Under the pieces are notes generated by a model. The model searched no databases, was not told where the DNA came from, and saw nothing but the letters and a program-made list of their open reading frames with translations. From Haliotis cracherodii (Eukaryota): 64,000 nt of DNA. The position numbers and the translations under genes were made by a program. This document shows, piece after piece, positions 50,813 through 64,000 of the stretch. Where the stretch lies: NCBI RefSeq assembly GCF_022045235.1, contig NW_027266319.1:49662001-49726000 (forward strand), given 5' to 3'. The stretch's first letter is position 1; the number at the start of each line of letters is the position of its first letter.

Positions 50813-52165
50813 CTACATGGAAGATTCAAGTCTGGATGTTAATAATTCATGCTTGACAAGAGTCTACCTGTGGAAAAATGACCAGTTCCCAAAAATTCCC
50901 TAATATATGTAGATTCTTTAAGGCAACTTTTCCAAGAGGTGTTTCACTATTGACTCCAAATACTGACGGATGAGTGAGTCAGACATGTGCCAGGTTTCCC
51001 TGCATGGACCATCCTCTCCATCACCATCATCTGCCAGAAGTCAAATTGCCCTCATGTGTTGGAAAAGTCAACTAAGGCAATTGGGATATGAATATATTAC
51101 CCAGTCAATTCAAAAGCTGGGTTTTTTTTAGCTGTTTAATATGGCGACGGATTGACTGAGATACATGTATGTGGTAACACACTCCTAATTCATGACAGCT
51201 GGAGTGGCGTCTTGAACACACTAAGACTATCAACAATCTCTCTGTGACATTTTGTCTACAAAATAAGTGTATCTGTAAGCTCCACTGTCTTCATCCCATG
51301 ACTCAGCTGAAGTCTGTTGAAGCCAATAGATTCTGTTGACAAAATTGTCTGCAAGCCATGATCCAACACTCAACTCAAACATTCAGTAACCACAAGATGC
51401 AGAGCTGCAGCGGAAGATGCTGGAGTCGGACACTGAATATCTGAAGGACCATGAAATTACTTTCTGAAACCCTGAATCCTTCAAAGATGGAGATGCAGAC
51501 AGCTGACATGGGCCCTCTGTTGCTATTAAGGATCAGAAGTGCCGACTTAGCATCAATTATTCACATTTGCTGTGTGATACACAAGCCATGAGTTGATGTT
51601 CCTCTATTGATGCTGCCTCAAATACAGTGTAAGACATCCATGAATATCTTATACCCTGCATGTCCTCCGCAGGATAACACTGAGACACCATCAAGCACCT
51701 GCCTCCGGTATGAATAAACAAGTCAATTTCTTTGTGATTTGATTTTGATAAACTTATCTCTTTAAAGGCATAAGATTGTCGTTTGTTTCAACTGTGTAAT
51801 CTGTGGCACAAGAAATAGCCTGAACCAAAATTAACAATAGTCAAGCTATGCATACTGTCTCGTATAAATTAGCAATTTGTGTGAATGTTTTTTTCTAACA
51901 TGGCACATACCGGTACTGTAGGTAGCCTAACATTTAGTCTCTGAAATACAATGGTTCAATTGTTTTTCAATATATAATGGAAAGGAGCCCCTGAGACCAA
52001 GAAGAAATCTAGACTTGCCAAACTATTGTAGGCATGCATGAGATTTGTTGGCTATTTATTTCACAGGGCTGTATGTTCAGGACAAAGAATTAGCCATGTT
52101 TGTCATTGGAACTGAAACATGTTTGGGACCAAAACATAATGTTACCTACTATAAATTATAGTATA

Positions 52166-52615
52166 AGTGACTAACGGGATCGGGTGGAAGGACACAGTGA
52201 CTTGGTTGATGCATGTCATCGTATCCCAATGGCGTACACCGACATCGTATTCCAATGGCGTACACCGATGCCCATATCAATCACTGGATCGTCTGGTTCA
52301 GACTCAGTTATTTACATTTGGTTTGTTTGTTTGTTTGTTTGTTGTTTAACACCGCACACAGCAGTATTCCAGCTATATGACGGCAGTCTGTAAATAATCG
52401 AGTCTGGACCATACAATCCAGTGATTAATATCGTGAGCATAGATCCACGCAATTGGGATCGATGACATGCATCAACCAAGTCCGCGAGTCTGACCACCCG
52501 ATCCCGTTAGTCACCTCTTACAACAAGAATAGTTGCCTTTTACAGCAAGCATGGGTTGCTGAACACCTATTCTACCCCTGGATCTTCACGGTGCCGATTA
52601 TTCACAGAACGCTAT
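52166..52615. mobile_element. Family A copy (+) interrupted by a second family A copy (-; ~52317-52594)
   Basis: Host split at TSD-like ttatttaca/ttattcaca. Confidence 0.8.
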
Positions 52616-53215
52616 CATAAATATATATAAAAATTTTGGTTGAAATGATATGTTTAACTAGCTGCAGCAGTATTCATCAAATCATAGCAAACAGCATCAG
52701 AAGCAGCAGCTGAATTCTCTCAGCACTCACCTGAATAAGCAAACTATTCCAAATAATAACTTTCTACACCTCCAAAGGATACTTCAGCATGGGTCAGATT
52801 GGTTTGGGTAAATGAGTTTCTTGTGACTATGGAAACTAGCTTGCTTCACAGACTGCGACTTAAGCCACTAGACTGAAGCCCGTCTAGAAAATGTCTGTTC
52901 GCTCTAGTAAACTAAGCTTATAACAGTCCATGTAAAAACACCAAAATCTACTGAAAATTATCTAAGTGCCATGTACAGGCTAGTGGGCTTAAAAGATTTT
53001 GGCAGACTGGCTTCAGGAGGATCACCTTGATGATGACAAACCAGGGTCAAGGTCTACACTCAGTACAGCCAGACTTAAAGATCAACAGGTGAGATTATGT
53101 GTATATTGATACCAACTAGTAAGACATCAAACTATCAAATCATATTTCTATAGATAGATATTCATGATCACCAAAGAGCAGACACTCGAAGCTCCATTCA
53201 TTCAACAAAAAATGT

Positions 53216-53470
53216 AGACTGTGAAAACCTGGGTTAGAATAGGTCATCAGCCACCCCGTTCTTGCTGAAAAAGGCGACTATGCTTGTTGTAAGAGGCAAC
53301 TTACAGGATCAGGTGGTCAGGCTCGCTGACTTGGTTGATGCATGTCATCATATCCCAATTGCATGGATCGATGCTCATGATGTCAATCACTGGATTGTCC
53401 AGATCCAAATACTTACAGACTGATGTCATATAGCGGGATTTTTGCTGATTGTGGCGTTAAACAAACAAAC
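53216..53470 (+). mobile_element. Family A retroelement, near full length
   Basis: gactgtgaaaacctgggttagaataggtc...ggcgttaaacaaacaaac. Confidence 0.82.
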
Positions 53471-53637
53471 AAAAGAAAAGCAAAGAGAACCAATGGCAGC
53501 AGCTATTGCTGATAAAGTTGATGTCAGTGCTCATGTACTGAGAATATGGGAGTGTTGATAACCCCTGTGTGAAGACAGAGAGACAAGGACAGATAACACC
53601 AACAGCCTGATCAGATGCTACTTGCAACATCATTACA

Positions 53638-54035
53638 TACTGAGAAGCTCCAGCTGGGGTTGTCACATCTCATGATGGTACAGAGCTAGTTGTAGGAGGA
53701 TAGTTTTACTGGTCCTGACCAGTTTCTCCTTACCCCATCATAATGAACTGAGAAGCTCCAGCTGGGGTTGTCACATCTCATGATGGAACAGAGCTAGTTG
53801 TAGGAGGATAGTTTTACTGGTCCTGACCAGTTTCTCCTTACCCCATCATAATGAACTGAGAAGCTCCAGCTGGGGTTGTCACATCTCATGATGGAACAGA
53901 GCTAGTTGTAGGAGAAAAGTTACACTGGTTCTTGCCAAGTTGCTCCTTACCCCCATAATAACATAAAAAGAATCTCCAGCTGGGGGCTTCCACCTCTCCT
54001 GATGGTACAGAGCTAGTTGCAGGAGGATAGTTTCC
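53638..54035. repeat. 108-bp tandem repeat x~3.7
   Basis: TGAGAAGCTCCAGCTGGGG at 53641, 53749, 53857, with a degenerate fourth copy. Confidence 0.9.
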
Positions 54036-54380
54036 CTACCACTTGCACTCTGATTCATGTCATAACTTTGGCTGTTTATCTTCATGGATTGTTGTGACTG
54101 CAGAAAGACTGGGAAACTTGAGTCCTTTCTTCATCAGTGGATGACGAGGAAGTGGAAGTCTAGGATGCTGCAGTTAGCAATCAGGCATGTGATGGCTGCC
54201 TTCAGAGAAAGAAACATGCAACGATTTGTCACTCAATTAATTATCAATCAAAATTCCATGTTGTGGTATGTCTGCTAACAAATATCCATAAGTAATTTCT
54301 CAGACAAGAACTTATGAGCCACTGTACGAGTGATGAAGTACATCTCTTTCTACTATATTGACCCCACATCTTGATGAGGA

Positions 54381-54663
54381 GTGTGAGTGAGTGAGTTGGG
54401 TTTAACGCCGCTTTTTAACAGTATTCCAGTTATATCACGGCGTGTCAGATTAATGTGGGATGAAAGCCTGAAGTGATGCAGGTCTCAGATGTTTACCACT
54501 TCGGTGAAACCCATGAGCACGGGTATGGTACTGACAAACCTAGAAACATAATCGGGGCGAACCAGGATTCGAACCCACAATCATAGGTTTTTGACGTGCT
54601 CAAGGGACGCAACTCTGCACAGCGAACCATGGCGCCTTAGACGACTGGGCCATCTGTGCCCCC
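54381..54663 (-). mobile_element. Family C SINE
   Basis: B box GGTTCGAATCC; TSD tcttgatgagga/tcttgacgagga. Confidence 0.88.
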
Positions 54664-56894
54664 TCTTGACGAGGAACATATTATACCTCACTGCATCATG
54701 CTGGCAATGGAACCCCAAACTTCAGCATGACAAATGGACACCTGGACCTCTTGGCTACCGAACCACCTAATGATGAATGAAGCTTTACACTATAGTCACC
54801 AATATTCCAACTACATCCCGGAGGCCTAGATATGATCAGTGGTTGATAACATGAGTAACATGCCATGCTGTCTGAATGTGTATCCTGATTTAACTATCGC
54901 CCTAAGTCTTACGACAACCATGGGGTAATAGGGGCCTATTCTGACCTATAATCCAACAGGGGCTTCAATCAAATAAAACTCAAGGAATTACCGGATGTGA
55001 TATCTTGCATCCTATACTACTAATAACAATTTACGGTACACAAAACACATGAAAGAGTGCATCCACAGGGACTGAGATTTTTTGTTTATTTTATGCATAT
55101 TTTGGAAAGAATACTGCAATTTCATTATTTGGTACCTCTAAAATTTGATTTCCTTACGTAATCATTTAATAAATACTAAACACAGTTGAATACTTCATGA
55201 TGTCGTGCACTAGCCATCTTCCCAAGGCAAGGGAGTTAACTGACTAGTTTTACAGTTAGTGTACTCCTTTGCCTCTGGAAGATGAGAACAAGTAGAATTC
55301 TTTCACTTGGGGAACTCCAATCGTATGTCACTCGTGGTAGACTACTGTATTCAATTTGAGACATTTATTTGGGACAGTCATTTAATAGGATCAAAAAATG
55401 ACTTGGGACCCCCATTTTTTAACCAGACCCTCTAGAATTTGAGTTGCCTGGACACCCCTAAAAAATAACCAAGGTAAATCCCTGAACATATTCCTGATTA
55501 TCCTCAGTACGAACACCAAGCAATCAACTGCATGATAAAATACAGCCACTAACTTGATTATGTGTGTTTATGTTTGACAGCCTGTTGACAACATTACTGG
55601 TGTTGTGTGGTCATTACTGCTACAACGTGGGACATCTCTGAGTTGTGATTGTCACTGATACTGTTGAAGATCCGGCCATCATGGAGGAGGCCTGTCATCA
55701 CCTCAGTGTGTGTAGCATGATTTTGACAAAACAATTACTAGAAAATCTGAATGTTTTCCAACATTAAAAGCATGAAAAACATCCTAATTCTAACCAAAAC
55801 AGTTCAAATAGCATTGCTGGCAAACCCTTTTTGCTTGTTATCCTACACTCCACATTACAGTATCCTAATATGATAATACTATCCACACAACTGCTGAAAA
55901 CATTGCACATGCTTCCCCATGCCAGGTTAGCCGGGGAAAGTATTTCTGTATGAGAATGGTTGCTTTGTTGCCCTTGGCATTTGGAGTTCTCTGGCAAGGA
56001 TTCAAATCGAAACTGTTTCCATCATGTTTTACCTTCAAGATTCAGCCGCACCAATCTTGATCAGATTAGCCTTGCAACTTCAACTACATCCGTGTTGTCA
56101 AGCTATTTAATTGGATGTAGTTTTGTTGCATCATCAGCTAAACGTGTCTGACAACGTCATGTATTATGCAAGGTCAGCAATCCTTGACTGCAGCACCAGA
56201 CACCTTCATCCCTCTGCATCGCTTTCACTCAGGCTGTACATGTTTGCATCGGGGAAGATGTTCAACATCCCGAACACAAATAAACAGCTTTTAGCTGAGC
56301 GATAAAACCTGCAAACATCCACAGTGTTGCAGGTGTAATTTCCCCCCACGTCAGTCATGAATTCTCGATTCCATTCCACTCCTATCCAATGGCCCAGATA
56401 TGAATCCTTTACAAATCATTCAACATCTGTACCACCTTGGAAGACTTTGTGAATCTTGCAGCCATTCACAGTTATTATCCAGACAGGATGTCTTCATTGC
56501 ACGGTATATAGCAACCCAGCCCATACAGGACACAAGTCTGGTGCAGCGCTCATCTGCTACTTATCCACATGTAAACACATAAACAACTGCAGCCACAAAT
56601 CTCCACGGCATCCATGAGAACGCTCCAATCCATTTGTCAACATATTCCTGTGAAGTGTAAAGGACATAGAGCCTCTTAACAATGTCTCCCAGACTCCTGA
56701 CTCTGTTCTCAATTGAGTTACAACAGCGAAGACCAGTATTTCATCTGGTGACAGTTTCTCTAGTATTGCTTCACAAAGTTTCACAGCTAGATTTTGTTAC
56801 ATCTGGTGACAGTCACATCACTGGTCCTTCCTTGGGTGAAACAGGTGAGACAGCAACTTCCTTGGTCCATCATCAGATAAAAAACAGTAAAATC

Positions 56895-57197
56895 CTTGTC
56901 CTTCATCAGGGGAAACAGTAACATGATTGGTCCTTCATCAGGGGAAACAGTAACATGCTTGGTTCTTCATCAGGGGAAACAGTAACACGCTTGGTCCTTC
57001 ATCAGGGGAAACAGTAACACGCTTGGTTCTTCATCAGGGGAAACAGTAACACGCTTGGTCCTTCATCAGGGGAAACAATAACATGCTTGGTCCTTCATCA
57101 GGGGAAACAATAACACACTTCGTCCTTCATCAGGGGAAACAATAACATGCTTGGTCCTTCATCAGGGGAAACAATAACACACTTCGTCCTTCATCAG
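56895..57197. repeat. 32-bp minisatellite (CTTGGTCCTTCATCAGGGGAAACAGTAACATG)n
   Basis: GGGGAAAC at 56909, 56941, 56973 and onward. Confidence 0.92.
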
Positions 57198-57221
57198 AAC
57201 ACAATGTACACATAAACTACA

Positions 57222-57325
57222 AACATGTAAGCACCTGTAATATTACAATGTAAGCACCTGTAATATTACAATGTAAGCACCTGTAATATTACAATGTAAG
57301 CACCTGTAATATTACAATGTAAGCA
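57222..57325. repeat. 23-bp tandem repeat (ACAATGTAAGCACCTGTAATATT) x4.5 next to an exon donor
   Basis: Seen directly. Confidence 0.9.
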
Positions 57326-57337
57326 GAATCAACTCAC

Positions 57338-57417
57338 CTGACAAAGTCCCCATGTGTCGCCTGCAACACATGAGCCGCGAGCTCGAAGATCGTCTCCGAA
57401 TCAGTTTCTATCTGGCC
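57338..57417 (-). CDS. FRMD4A: FRMD4A/B-like exon (first in window), FERM F2 lobe: GQIETDSETIFELAAHVLQATHGDFVS
   Basis: tttccag|...|gtgagt; 80 nt, phase 0->2; resembles vertebrate FRMD4A ELIDVDSEVVFELASYILQEAKGDFSS (recalled). Confidence 0.93.
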
Positions 57418-60400
57418 CTGGAAACAACAACAACAACAGTTTAACAGTACAATTCACACATGCAAACTCAGACTGGTAAAGAAATCTGATTGAAACTGAA
57501 ACAAAAAATTCTCACCAGGATCCAGTGTCAGATGGTCACTGAACATCTGAGTGGAGAAGTGCCTGACATAAAACTCAGTGATAAACCTATCTGGCAAACT
57601 GCTCCATCAACCAGCTGTGAGGCATTCAGCCTTAAACACCTCATTAAAGGCCTTGACAGTTACATTGGTACAGGATAAATTATCCAACACATATATCCCA
57701 GATCACTAATTGCCGACTGCCTCGGACAAATGATTCTCTTTACTGATGGAGGTAGCTGGGAGGTTTTGACAGGAAGGTTCCTCCCTGTTCCAGAAATAGC
57801 CTAGATAAACACCCCCTCTCCGAGATGGACCAGAACCCACTAGCATATACCCATATCAATGAATGCTGCCCAGTGATAGCACGACACATTGGACTTATTA
57901 CCAGTACACATGATAAGATCTAAGGGAAGCCTCTCTTGACAGGAAAGCAATGAATTATCAACTGGATGGTGAAAACAAACATTTAATACCACACTTAAAT
58001 ATTTGAAAGTATCAATTACCTCAACATTCTGATGTGCAAAAAAGTATGTAACATGCAATATTTCAACCCATCCCAGCATTGCAACATCATCACCATACCT
58101 AACACCATCATAACCACTCTCATCCCCAAAGCTACAAAATTCAAATAAACTATACTTGCTTAACATTATCAGATAACTCATTATTCAGACAAAATTATAC
58201 ATTCACAACATATGATGTAAATGTCAAAGCCATAGAATAATCAGGCTCGATTATCTGCTGAAACAGATTCTATTGGGTGTAAAAGGCACAATATGAAAGG
58301 ATCACTGAGAATCAGTGATGACACCAGGTGTTCACGAACAGGGTAAGCATGTTCTATTCTACCAGTAGCACCCGCGACTCACATACAATAAATAACCACA
58401 CAAACAATTATAGCCTTCAATCTTATCAGAACAGACAAGAAAATAGTTCACATTTCCATCAAAACTTGGCTTTGCTTTGGTTATTTTGACTTGCTGAGTC
58501 TGAGATATGCACTGTGGGAAGCACCACCTAATCAGGCTAATCCTTCCTGGTTGCAGCAAGCAGTACTCCTGTTCTCCAGGGTGGTGTCGACGTAACTTCA
58601 CGACTCATGTATCCCCTCCTAGTGCTGTCTCAGGAGTCCGTTCCCAAGACAGACAATGTTGTCAGTGGACGCCTGCACCTCACGATGCCACAAAGTACTG
58701 AAACCCTCCAGCAAAGAAAACATTCATGTTCTCAATCCCATAGCGATGCTCTGTAAATATATAAATTTGTCTCTGTCTTCTCCATATGAATCTAATTTAC
58801 ACACAATCAGACTCCAGAGTAATCCAACATTGGCTTCTCGGTAAATATATAAATCTGTGATCAGAGATTACAGCTGACATCGAGATGATCCCGCAGCTAA
58901 TGCCATCTATCCAATACAATTAATGGTAACTCTCAAATGCCAATAAAAGTCTGTGCCTGAAGTACGACAGTGGATCTTAGTCCAACATCAAGCACCAAAA
59001 AAAATCTAGATGAACAAGGAAAGTATCCTTTCGAAGTTATATCTTTTAGCATCCTCTGACAAAGTGTTCATTCCCTAACTGATGAGCTTTGAATATCATT
59101 GCTGCCAGGCAGGTTTATCACAATCACAGTCAATTAATTGGCAGTCTACCATACTGCCCCAGGCTTCTGGTCACAGGGGCAGAAGACACAGCAGATTGCT
59201 CCCTGAAGCGTCTTCTGATCAGCAGTGCTAGGACAGATAAGAACATACAGATCCTGGACTAATTTGATGGAGAGAAATGATAACTTTGTATTCAAAAGTC
59301 TGTGTCCTGAAGGTACTCTACCCCTCTGACACCAATCAAGATTATATCCCGGAAAGTCAAGGAAAAAGTAGCTATTAAAATGTAATATATCTGGAGGGGA
59401 TATGAATTTACTGATACATTTCCTTCAAACCTTTTAACAGGCCATTTTGAACTGTTTACGACTAAGGGACAAGTTTAACAGCACTACCATAAAACTACAG
59501 GTTCTCAAATACCATAAAGATTCATATTACGCCTCAATCGCCTTTCATCATCTCATCAACCAAAATAACCAACCTGATAAACCTATCTGACCACAACCTT
59601 GCAGATTCAAGTGAAGCAGTTCATCCCTATCTCCTCATCCTCGTCCCAAGTCCTCATACATCCCAGCTATGCAGTTTACCATGCTTGACTGAGGTCCATC
59701 CTAGTGACGATTCGCTATTTGTGATCATACAGTCTTTCAGAAACCTTCATTGACACTCCAGGATGACCTCTGACCTCTAACCTCTTGACCACACCACCCG
59801 AATTAAATATAGATTTAACTCTACTCAGATTCTAACCCTCATGGAACAAATACATGTACACGTGGTATCTTAATAACAACATCAGGGGATTCCCTGAAAC
59901 CAGACACCATTTGATGTCATGGTCAGTTTAGATAGCAGGCAACAGACACTGTCCTACAGAGTTGATTGACAGCTGTAACACGCTGACATGTGGTATTTGT
60001 GGCCTGGACACCATTCTACCAGATCTTGATGTCTCTCTCAGCCAAGGTTTGAGCCCCTGTCCCCATCTTGACCGGCTATGGGTGGTCATGATACAGGATG
60101 TCAGACAACCGGCACCATGCTGTAGCTGGTATCTGGCAGTGGCATCAGATGGGCTGGGCTACTATCTGGTCAAAATGTCCACAAGGGGTCACTGCTTTGA
60201 GCAGATGAGTAAATCGTATTTTAAGCCAGTCAGCAACTGTACAGCTACATCATCAGGCCTATCAATGAAAACTATTCATTATGTACACACTTTAAAAACA
60301 GCCACACAAATTCCAAACAAGACACAATTCTCAAAAAGTGTGCCTCGTAATGATCAAACTCCCTCCACTCCCCATCCCAACAACCTCCACGCACACACAT

Positions 60401-61811
60401 TTTCACACATTAAATCACGCTGACCGCGACAAACCGAGTGCACATGCATCCTGTTTGCTGAAGTCTCGACTGAAAATGTGGCGGGTTTTAACTCATGGGG
60501 ATCGTATCTTGTTTGGAATTTCTGTGGTTGTTTCCATTTAAAGTGTGTACATATTCCATTGTTTGGTTGTTCCCTGCTGGTTTTTCATTGGTTAGCCTGA
60601 TCAGGATCATTGTAGATAATCCAGTCAGTGGGTAATAACACTAGCAATGATTGAAGCCATCAGGATACAAGGACAGACAATCATCCACATGACATCTTGT
60701 GACCACCTGATTCTCATCAGTCTACAAGCATTGGAAGGTTGTCATCTAGCAAATATGACCAAGGTAGTCAATTCCTAACCAGTTGTATTCAGTAACACTT
60801 GAGTGACTGAGCTTCGTGTCCCACAGAGACACAGATCTCCCTTTCACATTGTGAAGCAGGCAGAGAGTGAGCTGCTATCTGGTTAGAGTGGTAGATGAGA
60901 ATGTCGGAGGTTCCACAATTAGCTGCTGCCATACTGGATGTTATCACTGCCACAGCATGTTGCACCAGGTGGAAGGGAGACATCCCCACACAAATGTCAG
61001 CTTCTCAAAAAGTCAAAAACATATATCCATGACCAGGCTTATTGATCCTGTAATTTTATCATGAGCAAAGTTTTCGTAAATGTCAAGAAAAAACAAGGCT
61101 TGGTGGTGCTTCATGGTAAAATAATGGGACAATAAGACATCAGAAGTTTTCGAAGAAAGAACAAGAACAATAACAAAGAACAGGAACACAAACAGAGAAC
61201 CATGGAACACAGGTGACCCCATAAATGTCAAAACTAAGCCCTGATCCTCTTTCAAACATCACTGTTTACAGAGGGACTTAAAACAAGAACCATCAACGCT
61301 GAGACACTTTGGCTGAGGAGTACCTATTGATTACAATTCTTGACCTAACCAGGTACACTGGCAGGGACATATCTGGTGCTTGTCGATGGATTTGGCATAG
61401 AGAGCCAAGACATAATACATTGAATAATCTGAAAGGTATCACACTTTGAGCAGATTATCAAGCACAATAGCCATGATTGTCAGCCATTGTGTACACACAA
61501 TCACCAGTTCAGGGACTTAAATAACAACCTGCATGGAGAAATGATGAACATTCTGCCCAAGAGCTCCCTGTGTGTGAATGTTGTTTTACGCCAGGCAATA
61601 TTTCAGCTATATCATGACCTATAAGTAATGAAGTCTTGACAAGGCAAACCAGTGACCGAAAACATGAAAAATTATCCAGGGCATGATGACACACAAATCA
61701 ACCAAGCCTGACCACCCGATCCTCTTTGATTGACTTTAATTTATTTTGTTTAATTTATTTTGGTAATTAACTTGAGATGGAGATTGGCTTGGAAAAATCA
61801 AGGTCTATTAA

Positions 61812-62348
61812 ATCTTCCCGAGGCAGGAGAGTTAACTGACTTAAAGAGTCCAGTTTCCATCCTTGCCGAACTAGGCTGGAATTCCTGTGCTCCATTGTAG
61901 TGCCACCAGTGGCTATTAGGAGTTATGTCCCTTCTATGCCTCTCCTATGGACCAATCAGATTCTACCTCTCGCATTGCTTGCATTTGCTTCAAACAAAAT
62001 TGCAGCCAAGTCAAGAAGATCTAATCGATAATCAATATCTATGTTGTGATAAAATGGGTCTCACATCGTGAAGTGCATCAAATCACATGAGCACCTTGAT
62101 TAAAAACAGTAAAGAATCGGAAAATATCTGTTGACAACGAGTTGACGGTGCACATGCTTTGCAAATCCTGCAATCATCTGAAATCTGCACGTCAGTTTAC
62201 GAACTGAATTTCGATTTCAGCTCCCGATTTTGATTGGACTATGCATAGACTCGTTAGTCCAGCCAAACTGTAACTCCATAATACCAGCCTAGTTCGGCAA
62301 GGGTGGAAACTGGACTTTTGTCAATTAACTCCCTTGCCTCAGGAAGAT
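61812..62348. mobile_element. TIR element (MITE) with ~65-bp terminal inverted repeats; a collapsed mini-copy lies at ~55214-55284
   Basis: atcttcccgaggcaggagagttaactgac...ccttgccgaactaggctgg versus ccagcctagttcggcaagg...ttaactcccttgcctcaggaagat. Confidence 0.78.
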
Positions 62349-64000
62349 GGGTCAATTCAAATCTCAAGGCCATTTAACATAGAATCTAGATTCAAGTATT
62401 TTAAAGCCCGTGGGAACTCTGCAAAGTGAAATAATAATCAGCTCCATCTTTACACCAACTGTACACTCTCCTGCACGACACACCTGACTGAGCCAACATG
62501 GCAGATACTTGTACAATCTGGCAGCAATGATGTACGTGTCATGATGACATGCACAATCTTCGCAACCCCCTGCCTCATCCAGCTGAGCCGACAGCAGACA
62601 CTCTGACTACCATAAAAACTGCACTAACATTTTCATTTCATGACACAAACCACTCACAGGGAAACAGGAAATTACTTCAATTTCAGAAAACAACCAAACT
62701 TAAAATAAAGGTAAGTATTTTTTCAAAGAAGTGTACATCAAAGAGAAGCTGACAGAGACATAGAGTATAAATATAGCCCCACAAAGGATCATGACAGTGC
62801 TTTTGTTCTGTTTTTCAAACACAATAACCACGAGTCCCACTTTGATGCATTTTCAAAAACTCCGTTGAAATACATGTTTCGGGAAGTTTAACTTATATTT
62901 GTCACTTTGCCTAAAAACAGATGTGACAAAAACAGATCTGACCTCATGAATAAATATGATTTTTTTGCTGAGGTTCAAGGAGGTAAGCTGCTGACACTGA
63001 CATATGATTGGCACCATCAATTGCTACCACCAGCCCTGTCTACATGTACAGAGGTTGGGGCATTTGCCTGGATGAAGACAAGAGCCTGTGAATTTAAGGT
63101 TCCTCTGAATAAAGACACAGTGCTTGAAAGATTCTGACATTGGTTTCAGCATCACTGAAGAAATAAATGCCAATCCTAACAACTGAGAGAGATAGAACTG
63201 TAATTCATGTCATATTTCATTTCATAATTTTTGGGTCTAAAATCAATCACTACTACAGTGAATGTGTGACTTCAGCCTTTTGTCGGAAGGCCGAGTCCAG
63301 CAAAATTCTGCTTGGTCTAGTAAGTTCAGCAATTAATAATCCATATAATGACACTAAATATAATGAAAATGATGTTCGTTAACTGAGAGCCAAGTCTGGG
63401 CCAGAAGATAAAGATGTTTTTGGCACATATTGTAGTGCACAGTACAGTAACTGTGTTACGGGGGCAAATTTTACAAACAAATCAAGGCAAAGTATCGAAA
63501 TCCGTGTCAATATGGGATCCAAACTAATCAATATGAATAACTGATCCTTGTAGCTATAAGGGACACAGCTCTTCAAAGACAGTTCAAACATGACCGTAGG
63601 TATTCATGATCATCAGCCATTGTGACCATCTCAGACCAGATTGAGCACAATACAGAGTGGTTGATTGAGTTAGGTTGTGAGTGAAGGAGTGAGTGAGTGA
63701 GTGATTAATCACACTGCAGTCAGCTATATTCCGGCTGTATCACTGCTGCCAGCAAATAACAGTGTTGAACCAGACACACAAGTGATTGACAGCATGAGCA
63801 ATGGTCCACAGCCGCAGAGCAGGATGACACTCAATCATCCATGTCACATACTGTGAGTGAGTGAACATAGCTCAACCCCACTTTGATCAGAATGTCAGTC
63901 ATATCAGGGCCTGCCAGCTAGATGTGGGAGGAAAGCCCAAGTGATGCAGGTCTTAAACCTTTTGGTGATGCAACTCTGACATCATCATCATCAGCAGCAG

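Noticed and set aside
57840-58181. EVIDTFKYLSV resembling the LINE reverse-transcriptase FKYLG motif
   Set aside because: Single short motif in degenerate sequence; may be an old LINE relic but cannot be supported without a profile search.

Overview
Intron-rich, repeat-rich animal genomic DNA. The SINE repertoire and (GAGT)n/(CAAA)n tails suggest a mollusc, possibly an abalone (inference). One protein-coding gene spans the window on the minus strand: an FRMD4A/B-family FERM-domain scaffold. I reconstructed 16 consecutive phase-compatible GT-AG exons from 57417 down past position 1. They cover the FERM F2/F3 lobes, the cytohesin-binding coiled coil (CUPID/DUF3338) and the start of a Ser/Pro-rich tail; both gene ends lie outside the window. 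The introns hold at least four non-autonomous retroelement families, several hAT-like and other TIR MITEs, a CpG-rich Crypton-like element with a 146-bp hairpin, a Penelope/hammerhead-like relic and about 11 tandem repeats. Most entries in the ORF track are spurious. The most notable observations are: (1) an abundant retroelement with no tRNA head, whose 5' end is near-invariant and can fold into a pseudoknot with a variable-copy hairpin module (ribozyme-like candidate); (2) a 62-bp minisatellite made of nine copies of an exon end plus its splice donor; (3) a read-through terminal exon ending in a PDZ ligand (ESQV*), followed by an RBFOX motif cluster and a poly(A) signal; (4) candidate internal first exons and a 3-nt microexon.
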